Source of the DNA: a virus
IMG/VR virus record: IMGVR_UViG_3300044991_001618
Coordinates: 48,964 to 112,963 of that record
Strand: one strand, 5' to 3'
Length of the DNA stretch: 64,000 bases
Shown: positions 20,004-29,315 of the stretch, one piece after another
Layout of the letters: each line of letters begins with the position of its first letter
How positions within the stretch are numbered: position 1 is the first letter of the stretch
Made by a program: the position numbers and the translations under genes
Notes under the pieces: model-generated
Database searches by the model: none
Seen by the model: the letters and a program-made list of their open reading frames with translations, nothing else
What the model was told of the DNA's origin: nothing

Positions 20004-20589
20004 TTTTAATTATTTTTACAGGAACTCCAACATAAGTTCCAGGTTTATTTATATCTTTCACTACACAACCATTTGAACCAATTACAACTTCTTCACAAAT
20101 ATTAATCTTCTGTTTTACACTAGAATTAGTCCCCAAATAAACAACATCTCCAATATTACAATTTCCTGAAACTCTTGCACCAGGAGCAGTTGTAAAATAA
20201 TCTCCAATTTTACAATCATGACCTATTGATGTATGTATGTTTAAATGAGTGTGTTTACCAAAATTACAATTAGTTGTAATAATCACACCTGAACAAACAA
20301 TACTACCTTCGCCAAATTCAATGTTTTTATTTAAAATTTGTGCTGAAGGACTAATATATTTTGTATATATAGTCTCCTTTGGTAATTTTTCAACTAAACT
20401 TTTTCTTAATTTACTATCACCTATTGCAACTAAAACAATATATTTTTTTGGATCAAATTTGGATAAAGGATAAATATTATCATTATTTTCATTAAAGAAA
20501 GTATCTTCAACAAAACATTTTATATTATTTTTCATTTCAGCTCTAATCTCATTAGCACACCCACCAGCCCCTATCAAAACTAACTCCAT
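19984..20589 (-). CDS. PglD/NeuD-family sugar N/O-acetyltransferase
   Basis: IGAGG, VAIGD..LR, IGHD, hexapeptide repeats, VGVP. Confidence 0.88.
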   Translation of the reverse strand: MELVLIGAGGCANEIRAEMKNNIKCFVEDTFFNENNDNIYPLSKFDPKKYIVLVAIGDSKLRKSLVEKLPKETIYTKYISPSAQILNKNIEFGEGSIVCSGVIITTNCNFGKHTHLNIHTSIGHDCKIGDYFTTAPGARVSGNCNIGDVVYLGTNSSVKQKINICEEVVIGSNGCVVKDINKPGTYVGVPVKIIKNGARSL

Positions 20590-20595
20590 AATTTA

Positions 20596-21204
20596 TTATA
20601 ATTGTATTCCTGTTGATCCAAAACCATTATCCCCCCTATCTGTTTGGGGTAATTCATCAATATTTTCTATATTAACATATTTGCCTTGTATTACTGGACA
20701 CAATACTGCTTGTGCAATCTTTGTTCCTTTCTTAATATGAAACTCTTCTCTTGATGTGTTAAACAAAATTACCTTAACTTCCCCAACATAACCCCCATCA
20801 ATAGTAGATGGTGTGTTCAATACAGTAACCCCATAATTGATTGCTAATCCACTTTTTGGTCTAATCTGTATTTCATGTTCATCTGGTATATTAAAGGCCA
20901 ACCCCGTGTTTACCATTAGCCTAGATAGGGGTTTTAATACAACTTCTTCTACTGAACAGAGGTCAAATCCAGAATCTTTTTCATAATTATAAAATGGTTC
21001 AATTGCATCTGGATGTACTTTTTTATATCCAAGGTTTTTTACCTTCATTGCAGTTTCAAATAATGTACCATATTCTTCTGGTGAAATGCCAAACATTTCC
21101 AAAAGTCCATTAATATCATCATCATCACCTTGTTCATTCATAAGATTTTGCAATCTTTCAATTTCTTCTTGCGATAAATCATCAAAATCATTTCCTAAAC
21201 TCAT
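20596..21204 (-). CDS. dut: dUTPase with acidic N-terminal extension
   Basis: SGFDL, RPKSGLA, TIDGGYVGE, IAQ, RGDNGFGSTG. Confidence 0.93.
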   Translation of the reverse strand: MSLGNDFDDLSQEEIERLQNLMNEQGDDDDINGLLEMFGISPEEYGTLFETAMKVKNLGYKKVHPDAIEPFYNYEKDSGFDLCSVEEVVLKPLSRLMVNTGLAFNIPDEHEIQIRPKSGLAINYGVTVLNTPSTIDGGYVGEVKVILFNTSREEFHIKKGTKIAQAVLCPVIQGKYVNIENIDELPQTDRGDNGFGSTGIQL

Positions 21205-21209
21205 TTTTT

Positions 21210-21599
21210 TTAGTTTTTATTGTTATTTAATATTTTAGTTGTACTAATATTAGGTGTTTTTTCAAAGAAAACAACCTCTTTAACAAATTCTTGACCAATT
21301 ATTTCTTTCCCCTTATAATCATCTCCAATAATCATTATATCTGGTTGATAGTAAGCCAAAATTGATTTTAATTCAGTATCAGAATCAAAAGAAGTTACTT
21401 CATCAACATATTTTAAAGAGGACATTACTTTAAATCTTGCATCCAAAGAATTAAAGGGTCTATCATTACCCTTTAATTCTTTAACTCTCATATCACTATC
21501 TAACCCAACAAATACATAACCAAAACTTTTTGCATATTCTAACAAATGAATATGCCCAATATGTAAAACGTCAAAACAACCATTTACCCAGACCTTCAT
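21210..21599 (-). CDS. Cytidylyl/adenylyltransferase (RfaE domain II / TagD-like)
   Basis: NGCFDVLHIGH (HxGH), KG..RP, GDDY, ISTT. Confidence 0.88.
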   Translation of the reverse strand: MKVWVNGCFDVLHIGHIHLLEYAKSFGYVFVGLDSDMRVKELKGNDRPFNSLDARFKVMSSLKYVDEVTSFDSDTELKSILAYYQPDIMIIGDDYKGKEIIGQEFVKEVVFFEKTPNISTTKILNNNKN

Positions 21600-21602
21600 A
21601 CC

Positions 21603-22304
21603 TTATTTTAAAATTAAAAGTTTCTTAATTACATCAATTAAAACCTCAACATCCCTCTCACAATATTTTGTAATACCTTCAATATTGTTGTCATTCCAAT
21701 ATGCGTCATGTACTTTATTACCTGTAACATCCATATTCTTTGATGATTCTATACCAAGACTAACACACATTAACTCTAAAGATGCAATTGAACCAAATTG
21801 ACCATATTGCCAAATGTCTTTTGTGTCTATTGCTTTAACTTCCCAAGGTTTAGTATCAAAACTTGGTAAAATCTTTGGGGGCATCAGTCCATTAATCATC
21901 ATTCTCTTAGCCAATACTGGAATATCAAATCCCTTAACATTATGGCCACAAAGGAAATAATTTAATGAGCCAACTTTTTGAAGAACCTTTTGGGTTTTTT
22001 TAAGAATATCCAATTCGTCTTTTCCAGAAAATGATTGCATTTTAATTGACCCATCATCATTAACAAATGCCAGAGAAACACAAGCAATTTTTAGGAACTC
22101 AGAAACAAGTGCTGAACGATTATGAAACATAGAATCAAAACCATCAGCACCATCCTCTGGAAATCTTTTTTCAAACCAATCATAATAATTTTCAAACTGA
22201 AAGGCTAATTCAGGTTTGTTTGTTTTTAAGGCATCAAAACTGGCTTCACAACCAACAGTTTCAATGTCAAGGAATAAGATTTTGTTTAAAGGTACATTTA
22301 TCAT
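21603..22304 (-). CDS. PolB-related 3'-5' exonuclease
   Basis: FLDIET, GHNVKGFDIP, YCERDV. Confidence 0.85.
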   Translation of the reverse strand: MINVPLNKILFLDIETVGCEASFDALKTNKPELAFQFENYYDWFEKRFPEDGADGFDSMFHNRSALVSEFLKIACVSLAFVNDDGSIKMQSFSGKDELDILKKTQKVLQKVGSLNYFLCGHNVKGFDIPVLAKRMMINGLMPPKILPSFDTKPWEVKAIDTKDIWQYGQFGSIASLELMCVSLGIESSKNMDVTGNKVHDAYWNDNNIEGITKYCERDVEVLIDVIKKLLILK

Positions 22305-22311
22305 GTTGTAG

Positions 22312-23532
22312 TTATTTAATTAGTGACTTATAAAATTCTGCTCTATTTTTTGTTACAGTAATTAAGGAATATGTATCCTTTACTGTTTCATATAAATTTT
22401 CTCCAAGGTCTTGTACTAAGTTGGGATTCTTCAGTAACTTTTCAATATACTTTGCCCAATCAACCCCATTCCTATCAGCATCAACAAGCAAAGCATTCCC
22501 CCCCTTTACAAAAGTACCTCTATCTAATCCATGTTTCAAATCAATCGTATAAGGACCAAAGTTTGAGGCTATTAATGCTTTTTTATAAAACCCAGCTTCA
22601 ATTACTTTTAATTGCGACTTCATTTCATTAAAAATGTGATTCTTTATTGGTGCTAAAGATATGTCAAATTTTGCATAATTCTTAGCATATGCAGTAACAG
22701 GTTTTGTCCACACTCTTAAATAAGCCTCATTATTTTCTTTATCATAAGGTTCTTGTACAAATTTAAACAAATATTTTTTATAATCCTCACTTATTGTAGA
22801 ATATTTTTGTGTAAATATTTCTTCATATCTTGCCCATACAGTTTCTTCTGGTTTAATATTTCTTTTCTTTTGCTCTTTTGTTTCAGAATTAATTTCAGTA
22901 ACAGAACCCCTAGTATCAAATCCACATAATACAAATTGTAATTTATTTGAATATTTTGTTAATGAACTAAATGGTTTATCTAAAATCATTAAATCATGTT
23001 GATGACTAGACCCACCAAGCCAACCCACTCTAACCCTATCAGATTCAAGGGTTGGCTCATTAAATTGGGGGTCATTTGGATTTATAGCATTTGGAAACAC
23101 AAAAACATTTTTATTATATTTTTTGATTAAATCTGCATATAATTTTGTTGTTGTTGTAACATATTTTGCTGCTTTTAAATTTTCAATTATTTTTTCATTT
23201 ATTTTATGAATTTTTATAATCTCATGTATTGGGTGATCCTTTGTTGGCATCCAATAATCATCAATATCACAAATTGTAATTATACCCATATTATTTAATG
23301 TTAATATAAGGCTCTTTGCTTTATCAAAATCATGACCAATACTTCTATGGAAAGCAACAATTTCATAATTCTTCCAAAAGTTCATATCATCCATTGGGGG
23401 TTCATAATCAATATCTATGTGAAATTCACCAGAATATTCTGATTGTAAGAAAAGATGGGGGTCAATTGAGCGGAATTTTCCAACCCCAGAGCGGTCAGAT
23501 GGGACTACTAAAACTTTTATTTGTTTACTCAT
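22312..23532 (-). CDS. GT-B glycosyltransferase
   Basis: DIDD, GWLGGSSH..DL, DISLAP, FNEMKSQLKVIEAG. Confidence 0.8.
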   Translation of the reverse strand: MSKQIKVLVVPSDRSGVGKFRSIDPHLFLQSEYSGEFHIDIDYEPPMDDMNFWKNYEIVAFHRSIGHDFDKAKSLILTLNNMGIITICDIDDYWMPTKDHPIHEIIKIHKINEKIIENLKAAKYVTTTTKLYADLIKKYNKNVFVFPNAINPNDPQFNEPTLESDRVRVGWLGGSSHQHDLMILDKPFSSLTKYSNKLQFVLCGFDTRGSVTEINSETKEQKKRNIKPEETVWARYEEIFTQKYSTISEDYKKYLFKFVQEPYDKENNEAYLRVWTKPVTAYAKNYAKFDISLAPIKNHIFNEMKSQLKVIEAGFYKKALIASNFGPYTIDLKHGLDRGTFVKGGNALLVDADRNGVDWAKYIEKLLKNPNLVQDLGENLYETVKDTYSLITVTKNRAEFYKSLIK

Positions 23533-23573
23533 TTTTATATTTTATATTTAAATATAATAAATAAAATCAAAAA

Positions 23574-23608
23574 AAAAAGCAATATGCAGAGATTGCATAT
23601 TGCTTTTT
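23574..23608. terminator. Intrinsic terminator hairpin (A/T tails on both sides)
   Basis: AAAAAGCAATATGCA-gagat-TGCATATTGCTTTTT perfect inverted repeat. Confidence 0.8.
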
Positions 23609-23629
23609 ACAAACAAAATAATTATTTAA

Positions 23630-24202
23630 TTAACTTTTAATTTTTTTAATCTTTTGTATTTTACCTTCAAAAATATGTGACCCCACCCTAAATTGGAAAA
23701 ACTCATCTGACTTCTCTGTACTTTCTGTTAATAACCCCATTTCTTTAATGGTTGATTTAACTGTTTCTTTTACAATTTTTTTAATATATTCTGCGTCTAT
23801 TTGTGTGTTTGATACTTGTTTTTGTTCTACTATATTTTGTTTTGGTTTATTGCCCATTAATTTTGATGCTTTTTCAACCATCTCATCTGTTAAAATATTT
23901 CTACCAATAGGTTGCTGAACTTGTGCAATTGGATGTTCCAGCATAATCCTTTTAATTTCATCTGGCAATCTTGATTTCTTTATTGCATCTTCAGAGGGGG
24001 TTTCAATATTTCTTATTGGCATAACTGGTGCTGTCATTTCATTTTCAGATAGTATATCATCAGGTATATTATATCTTGCATTTGGTATTGAAAAATCAAC
24101 ATTATCACCCGTTGGTATTGCGTTACCACTTCTTGGTAACTTGTTGTGAACATCCATTATTGCTTTGGATTTCATTAGTTTTTGCATTAAATCATTTTCC
24201 AT
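23630..24202 (-). CDS. Hypothetical protein
   Basis: 190-aa ORF. Confidence 0.75.
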   Translation of the reverse strand: MENDLMQKLMKSKAIMDVHNKLPRSGNAIPTGDNVDFSIPNARYNIPDDILSENEMTAPVMPIRNIETPSEDAIKKSRLPDEIKRIMLEHPIAQVQQPIGRNILTDEMVEKASKLMGNKPKQNIVEQKQVSNTQIDAEYIKKIVKETVKSTIKEMGLLTESTEKSDEFFQFRVGSHIFEGKIQKIKKIKS

Positions 24203-24226
24203 ATTATGTAATATTTATTTGGTATT

Positions 24227-24655
24227 TTATGTAATATTTATTTCATCTTCTGGTGTATTATAATCCCCATCAAATTCTGCTTTAACCAAGCACACACCAC
24301 CTCTGAAAGTTTTATCCCCATTAAAGTTAAACCCTTCTCTTGGGGTTGTAAATACTTCACCTGATGGATTTAATGACATTATTTTATCCAATCTAAATAT
24401 CCTCCAACCGGGTAGAATTTGTTTCCCCAAATAACCAGTATGTGAAGCCCCTTCAATATCATATGCCCTAACTGCTCTATTCCCACCTTTGGTTGTACCA
24501 AGACAAACAGGTTCAATTAGTCTTAATCCTTTACCCCCTGGCTCATCACCATCATAATAAACGACACAGACTTGTCTACCCTTTATTGCTGAAGCAATTG
24601 ATTCAATTGAAGCAATTTCTGTTAATAATGATTTTAATGTATTTGTTAATTTCAT
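24227..24655 (-). CDS. Stand-alone WYL-domain protein
   Basis: AI..R..+.+.Y, R.IEP..LG, RAY, WRIFRLDKI. Confidence 0.75.
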   Translation of the reverse strand: MKLTNTLKSLLTEIASIESIASAIKGRQVCVVYYDGDEPGGKGLRLIEPVCLGTTKGGNRAVRAYDIEGASHTGYLGKQILPGWRIFRLDKIMSLNPSGEVFTTPREGFNFNGDKTFRGGVCLVKAEFDGDYNTPEDEINIT

Positions 24656-24951
24656 TTCTTAAAATCTGGATATGGATTTTTTTCCTTAAATTTATTTATT
24701 TTTATTTCACTTTTTCTTTCAGTAACATCTAGTTGTGTTCCAATTGTTGGTGTATGAGTATCAAGGAAAATACCATTGCCCCTACCTTTTCCATCGCCAT
24801 CCCCAAGGGCATTTGGATTTTTTGATGAATATTCAAATGCTATATCCTTATATTCATTTTTTGGTAATAGCTTTGCTCTTTGCTCTTCTGCAAATTTGCT
24901 CAAATTATTTTCAATATTTTGGCTTAAATCAATTGCTAATTCATCTCCCAT
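24652..24951 (-). CDS. Hypothetical protein
   Basis: 99-aa ORF coupled to neighbours. Confidence 0.7.
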   Translation of the reverse strand: MGDELAIDLSQNIENNLSKFAEEQRAKLLPKNEYKDIAFEYSSKNPNALGDGDGKGRGNGIFLDTHTPTIGTQLDVTERKSEIKINKFKEKNPYPDFKK

Positions 24952-24955
24952 AATT

Positions 24956-25426
24956 TTAATATTTTATTAATTTTTTTATTTTATTTATTTCCTCTGTTAT
25001 TTTTGGTATTGAGGAAGCATGCCTTTCTGTTGCCTTTTTATGTGTTTCTGATGGTCTAACATTGGTATCATCTTTATCATGTGAATCAATAAATTGATTT
25101 GATTCACCAGCATTTGTTCTATTTCTTTGGGTCATTTTAACATTTGCTCTCATTTGATTTAATGTTTGTTCAACCCAATATTTCATTTTAAGACTACCAT
25201 TTAAAATAAATTCAGCATCCTTAAAATCACCTTTATAAGTATCAAAATAACTTTTTATTCTTTTCATTTGGGTATATGATATTGTATTTTTCCCTTGTAA
25301 TTCTTTATTCCTTTTATAACCTTCGCTATCTTGGGGAATTTGTCCAATAGAGTTCATACACATCATTAAATGTTGTTTCATTTCTGGAGGAAAAGGAATT
25401 GGTCTATTATAAAGTTTACTATTCAC
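24956..25426 (-). CDS. Hypothetical protein
   Basis: 156-aa ORF ending ITEEINKIKKLIKY. Confidence 0.7.
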   Translation of the reverse strand: MNSKLYNRPIPFPPEMKQHLMMCMNSIGQIPQDSEGYKRNKELQGKNTISYTQMKRIKSYFDTYKGDFKDAEFILNGSLKMKYWVEQTLNQMRANVKMTQRNRTNAGESNQFIDSHDKDDTNVRPSETHKKATERHASSIPKITEEINKIKKLIKY

Positions 25427-26192
25427 TTTTTAGCATTTTTATTAAATCATTTATACTTAATCCGTTTTTCTCTGCTTGGGTTTTCAACATTTTAATATTC
25501 TTTTTGATAATTGGATTTGTTTCATCTTTTGATGACTGCAAATCACTATCTCCATTTCTTTTTGATACAACCAAATCTTCAACCATTTTATTGAACTCAG
25601 ATAATGTCATTTTATCAATAGACCCTTTCTTTTTCTTTTTGCTTATTTTCCCAGAAGGGTCTTTACCAAATTCTTTTGTTCTTTGCTTTGCCTCATCAGG
25701 TTCAACATCAAGTTTATCAACCAAATATTTATATGTTTTTTTACCATCAAGATTTTTTGTTTCCTCATAGCCAAATGCATTGGACATATCAATCTCTTCA
25801 ATCCCCTCACCATAATATGTTCTATATCCACGAGTTACAGGGTCATTTGTTTGCCTTGTTGCTGGAATAATTTGATCCATTGTTCTATGAGTATGTTGCG
25901 TATTATTTAATATGGGGATTTTTGATGTTAGCATTGAACCATCATCATCAACCAATTCTTCCAATTCTTTTTTTAACTTCTTTGTTGTTGGTTTTCTTTT
26001 GGTTTTAACAATTTTATTTAAGTGATTTTTTATTTTTTTAATATTTTTTTTATCAAAGTGAACAACTTCATCATTATCTCTTGCTTCGGACAATGTGCCA
26101 TTTATTGAGAAATATAGTGAATATTTATCAGTCTTTTCTCTAATTAAAAAATAATAAGGTGAATTAAAATATTCTTCGTTAATATTTATCAT
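25419..26192 (-). CDS. Hypothetical protein
   Basis: Charged ORF; start placed at MININEE (26192) because an ATATTTAT motif overlaps the upstream ATG at 26207. Confidence 0.7.
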   Translation of the reverse strand: MININEEYFNSPYYFLIREKTDKYSLYFSINGTLSEARDNDEVVHFDKKNIKKIKNHLNKIVKTKRKPTTKKLKKELEELVDDDGSMLTSKIPILNNTQHTHRTMDQIIPATRQTNDPVTRGYRTYYGEGIEEIDMSNAFGYEETKNLDGKKTYKYLVDKLDVEPDEAKQRTKEFGKDPSGKISKKKKKGSIDKMTLSEFNKMVEDLVVSKRNGDSDLQSSKDETNPIIKKNIKMLKTQAEKNGLSINDLIKMLKSE

Positions 26193-26247
26193 TTGACTTT
26201 TATTCATAAATATTCACTAAATACTATTTATTATAATAATAATATAA

Positions 26248-28002
26248 ATGAGTTATCAAAATATTAATCAATATAATTTTAATAAGATTGGATTTAGACC
26301 TGTAAATGAAATTATTGATATAAGTTTGGCTTCGGATGAGTTGAATTTTGATGAGGAAACTGTATTTTCATCAAATTTGATTGCTGAGAATGATGGGAAT
26401 AGGATGCCATTCAATTTTGATTTTAACTATTCTGGTAATTCAAGTGGATATTCATCAACAGATGTTATTGTTTCAAAAAATTATTATAATCCAGAAAATT
26501 ATAATTTAACAGCAAATACATACCAAAATAAAATTTCAATATGTGATATTGGATTAACCGGAATTGATAATGGATTAACCAATGTTATTTCTGGTCAAAC
26601 CATTGAAATAAATTATGGTTTATATACAAATACAAATGATATATATAATAGGTATAAATTTGATAGAAGATTAAAATTACACCCCATAACAGGGTTCACA
26701 ACAAGCACAAATAGAATATATAATGATAATAGTTATTCTTATAATATAACATCTGGAACAACATCAAGTCTCAAATATTCATCATTAAATGGTTCATTTT
26801 ATCAAGGATTTTATAGATTATTTGGTTATGATTATGAAATATTCCCAGAAAGACCAAATCTTGGCTGGACAGCAGAATTTGTATTAAAATATAGATGGAC
26901 AGGCGATACAAATGGTTTGAATGTAAGATATCCAAAAAATAAGGGGACATTCTTTTATTTAGGTGCAAGAGCAGAAAATAAGTTTTATCATTTTGCTGAT
27001 GGACATCCAGTGTCATATAGTGCATATACAAGACCAACATCTGGCTTAACTTGTTGGGATACTTGCAATTGTGATATAAATTATTCAGCATCCACATATT
27101 CAGCATCAACTTGTAATAAGGTATATCCAATCACAGGAATAACAAATCCAGATAAAGATGTTATATTTAATGAACCAAATCCCTTATATGATTCTGTTTC
27201 AAATGCACTATCACTTCAGTTAAGTGGTAATTCTGGCAACCCAATAGTTTGTGTAAAAACATTCACCCTAACAGGAACTTGCGAAACATCAGGTGCAACT
27301 ATAAATCAATGGTGCTCAACAAAAGGAATATTTGATGAATTTAAAAATACAACATATATCCAAGATGAAAATTGGGTTCAAATTGACGCAGTATTTGTTA
27401 GAGATAGACTAATTGAAAATTGTGATTTAAAAGAACTTGGGGGGTTAGGATTATTAGTCTCAAGGGAATATACTGCAACAACAACCAATAGAAGCATTGA
27501 ATTAATACAACCAAAATTAAGTGGTGAAACAAATGCAAGCATTGAAGTTGTTAATTTTGACCAATCATGGATTAATACAAAAAAATATAGAAATGGAAAT
27601 TTAAGAATATACATAAATGGTAAAATATTCTTCATCATTGATAATTTTGAGGAAATTATCCCAAGACCATTAAATACTCTAAAAGAAAGACAAATTGGCG
27701 TCCCCTTCAATATTTCAGTTGGGGGTGGCACACAAGGGCTTAAAGATTCTCTTACATTAAGTTCATGTACAAATAACACCCTAATACAAGACCCAGAATT
27801 ATTACCAACTGATATACTAAATAATACATCATATTCTGGTTTAACCACAAATATTACTCTTGAAGAAGAATTTGGGGGTAGTTTAATAGGTGATATGGGG
27901 GCATTTAGAATGTATGTTGAACCCTTAAATGCTGGTCAAATAAGGCATAATTTTAATATATTAAAAACAAAATATAATTTAATAAACCCATACATAAAGT
28001 AG
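26248..28002 (+). CDS. Putative virion structural protein (Ser/Thr/Asn-rich, LamG-like C-terminus)
   Basis: LRIYINGK and GDMGAFRMYVEPLNAGQIRHNFN resemble a LamG/ConA end; TATTTAT upstream. Confidence 0.55.
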   Translation: MSYQNINQYNFNKIGFRPVNEIIDISLASDELNFDEETVFSSNLIAENDGNRMPFNFDFNYSGNSSGYSSTDVIVSKNYYNPENYNLTANTYQNKISICDIGLTGIDNGLTNVISGQTIEINYGLYTNTNDIYNRYKFDRRLKLHPITGFTTSTNRIYNDNSYSYNITSGTTSSLKYSSLNGSFYQGFYRLFGYDYEIFPERPNLGWTAEFVLKYRWTGDTNGLNVRYPKNKGTFFYLGARAENKFYHFADGHPVSYSAYTRPTSGLTCWDTCNCDINYSASTYSASTCNKVYPITGITNPDKDVIFNEPNPLYDSVSNALSLQLSGNSGNPIVCVKTFTLTGTCETSGATINQWCSTKGIFDEFKNTTYIQDENWVQIDAVFVRDRLIENCDLKELGGLGLLVSREYTATTTNRSIELIQPKLSGETNASIEVVNFDQSWINTKKYRNGNLRIYINGKIFFIIDNFEEIIPRPLNTLKERQIGVPFNISVGGGTQGLKDSLTLSSCTNNTLIQDPELLPTDILNNTSYSGLTTNITLEEEFGGSLIGDMGAFRMYVEPLNAGQIRHNFNILKTKYNLINPYIK

Positions 28003-28054
28003 AATATTTACTTTATTGTAAAAAACTTTAATATTAATATATTAAATGTTTTAA

Positions 28055-29305
28055 ATGAGTAAGATATTTGTTCAAATTGCATCTTATAGAGATTATTTAT
28101 TGGAATCAACCATAGAAGATATAATTTCAAATGCAAAAAACCCCAAGAACCTAGTTATTGCAATTGCACGACAATACCACCCAGATGATAAGTTTGGCAC
28201 ATTAGATAAATGGAGAAAAGATAAGAGATTCAAAATTATTGATATATTATATAATGAAACAAAAGGTGTTTGTTGGGCAAGAAACATGGTTCAACAATTA
28301 TATAATAATGAAGAATATACATTACAGATTGATTCCCACATGCGTTTTGAACAAAATTGGGATGATATTTTAATTAAAATGATTAAGCAACTTCAAAAAT
28401 CTGGCTACCCAAAACCATTATTAACAGGGTATGTATCCTCTTTTGACCCAGATAATGATCCAGAGGCAAGGTCAAAAGAACCTTGGCGAATGCTATTTGA
28501 TAGATTCATTCCAGAAGGTGCAATGTTTTTTTTACCTGATACTATTAAAAATTGGCAAAATTTAAGTCAGCCAGTTTCTTCAAGATTTTATTCTGCACAT
28601 TTTTGTTTCACACTTGGCATATTTTCAAAGGAGGTTCAGCATAACCCAGAATATTATTTTCATGGTGAAGAAATCTCAATTGCTGCAAGAGCATATACAC
28701 ATGGTTATGATTTATTTCATCCACATAGATTAACTGTTTATCATGAATATACAAGAAAGAACAGAACAAAACAATGGGATGATGATAAGGAGTGGGTTGA
28801 TAAAAATAATAAAAGCCATTTAATTAATAAGAAACTTTTTGGGATGGATGGCTTGGTTCAGGAGGGTCATAATGGTTTGTATGGATTTGGTTCTGTTCGA
28901 ACATTAAGGGATTATGAGAGGTATGCTGGGATTTTATTTTCAAGAAGGGCTATTCAAGAGGAGACATTAAAACATTCTTACCCCCCAAATACATATAATT
29001 ATGAAACGGAGGAAGATTGGTTAAATTCATTTTCAAGCATATTTAAACATTGTATTGATGTGTCTTATAATTCAGTTCCAGAGAAAGATTATGATTTTTG
29101 GGTGGTTGCATTCCATGATGAGAATGATGAAACAATATATCGAAAAGACGCAGATAAGGATGAAATTAATAGAATGTTAAATGACCCCGACCATTACTGT
29201 AAAATATGGAGGGAATTCAATGCGATAAGGCAGCCAAAGTATTGGGTTGTTTGGCCTCATAGTGAATCTAAAGGTTGGTGTGATAAGATAAGTGGTAATT
29301 TTTAA
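28055..29305 (+). CDS. GT60-like polypeptide GlcNAc-transferase (copy 1)
   Basis: IFVQIASYRD, KGVCWAR, LQIDSHMRF..NWD, FHGEE, RAYTHGYD: motifs of the Gnt1-type GlcNAc transferase family. Confidence 0.82.
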   Translation: MSKIFVQIASYRDYLLESTIEDIISNAKNPKNLVIAIARQYHPDDKFGTLDKWRKDKRFKIIDILYNETKGVCWARNMVQQLYNNEEYTLQIDSHMRFEQNWDDILIKMIKQLQKSGYPKPLLTGYVSSFDPDNDPEARSKEPWRMLFDRFIPEGAMFFLPDTIKNWQNLSQPVSSRFYSAHFCFTLGIFSKEVQHNPEYYFHGEEISIAARAYTHGYDLFHPHRLTVYHEYTRKNRTKQWDDDKEWVDKNNKSHLINKKLFGMDGLVQEGHNGLYGFGSVRTLRDYERYAGILFSRRAIQEETLKHSYPPNTYNYETEEDWLNSFSSIFKHCIDVSYNSVPEKDYDFWVVAFHDENDETIYRKDADKDEINRMLNDPDHYCKIWREFNAIRQPKYWVVWPHSESKGWCDKISGNF

Positions 29306-29315
29306 TTTAATATAT

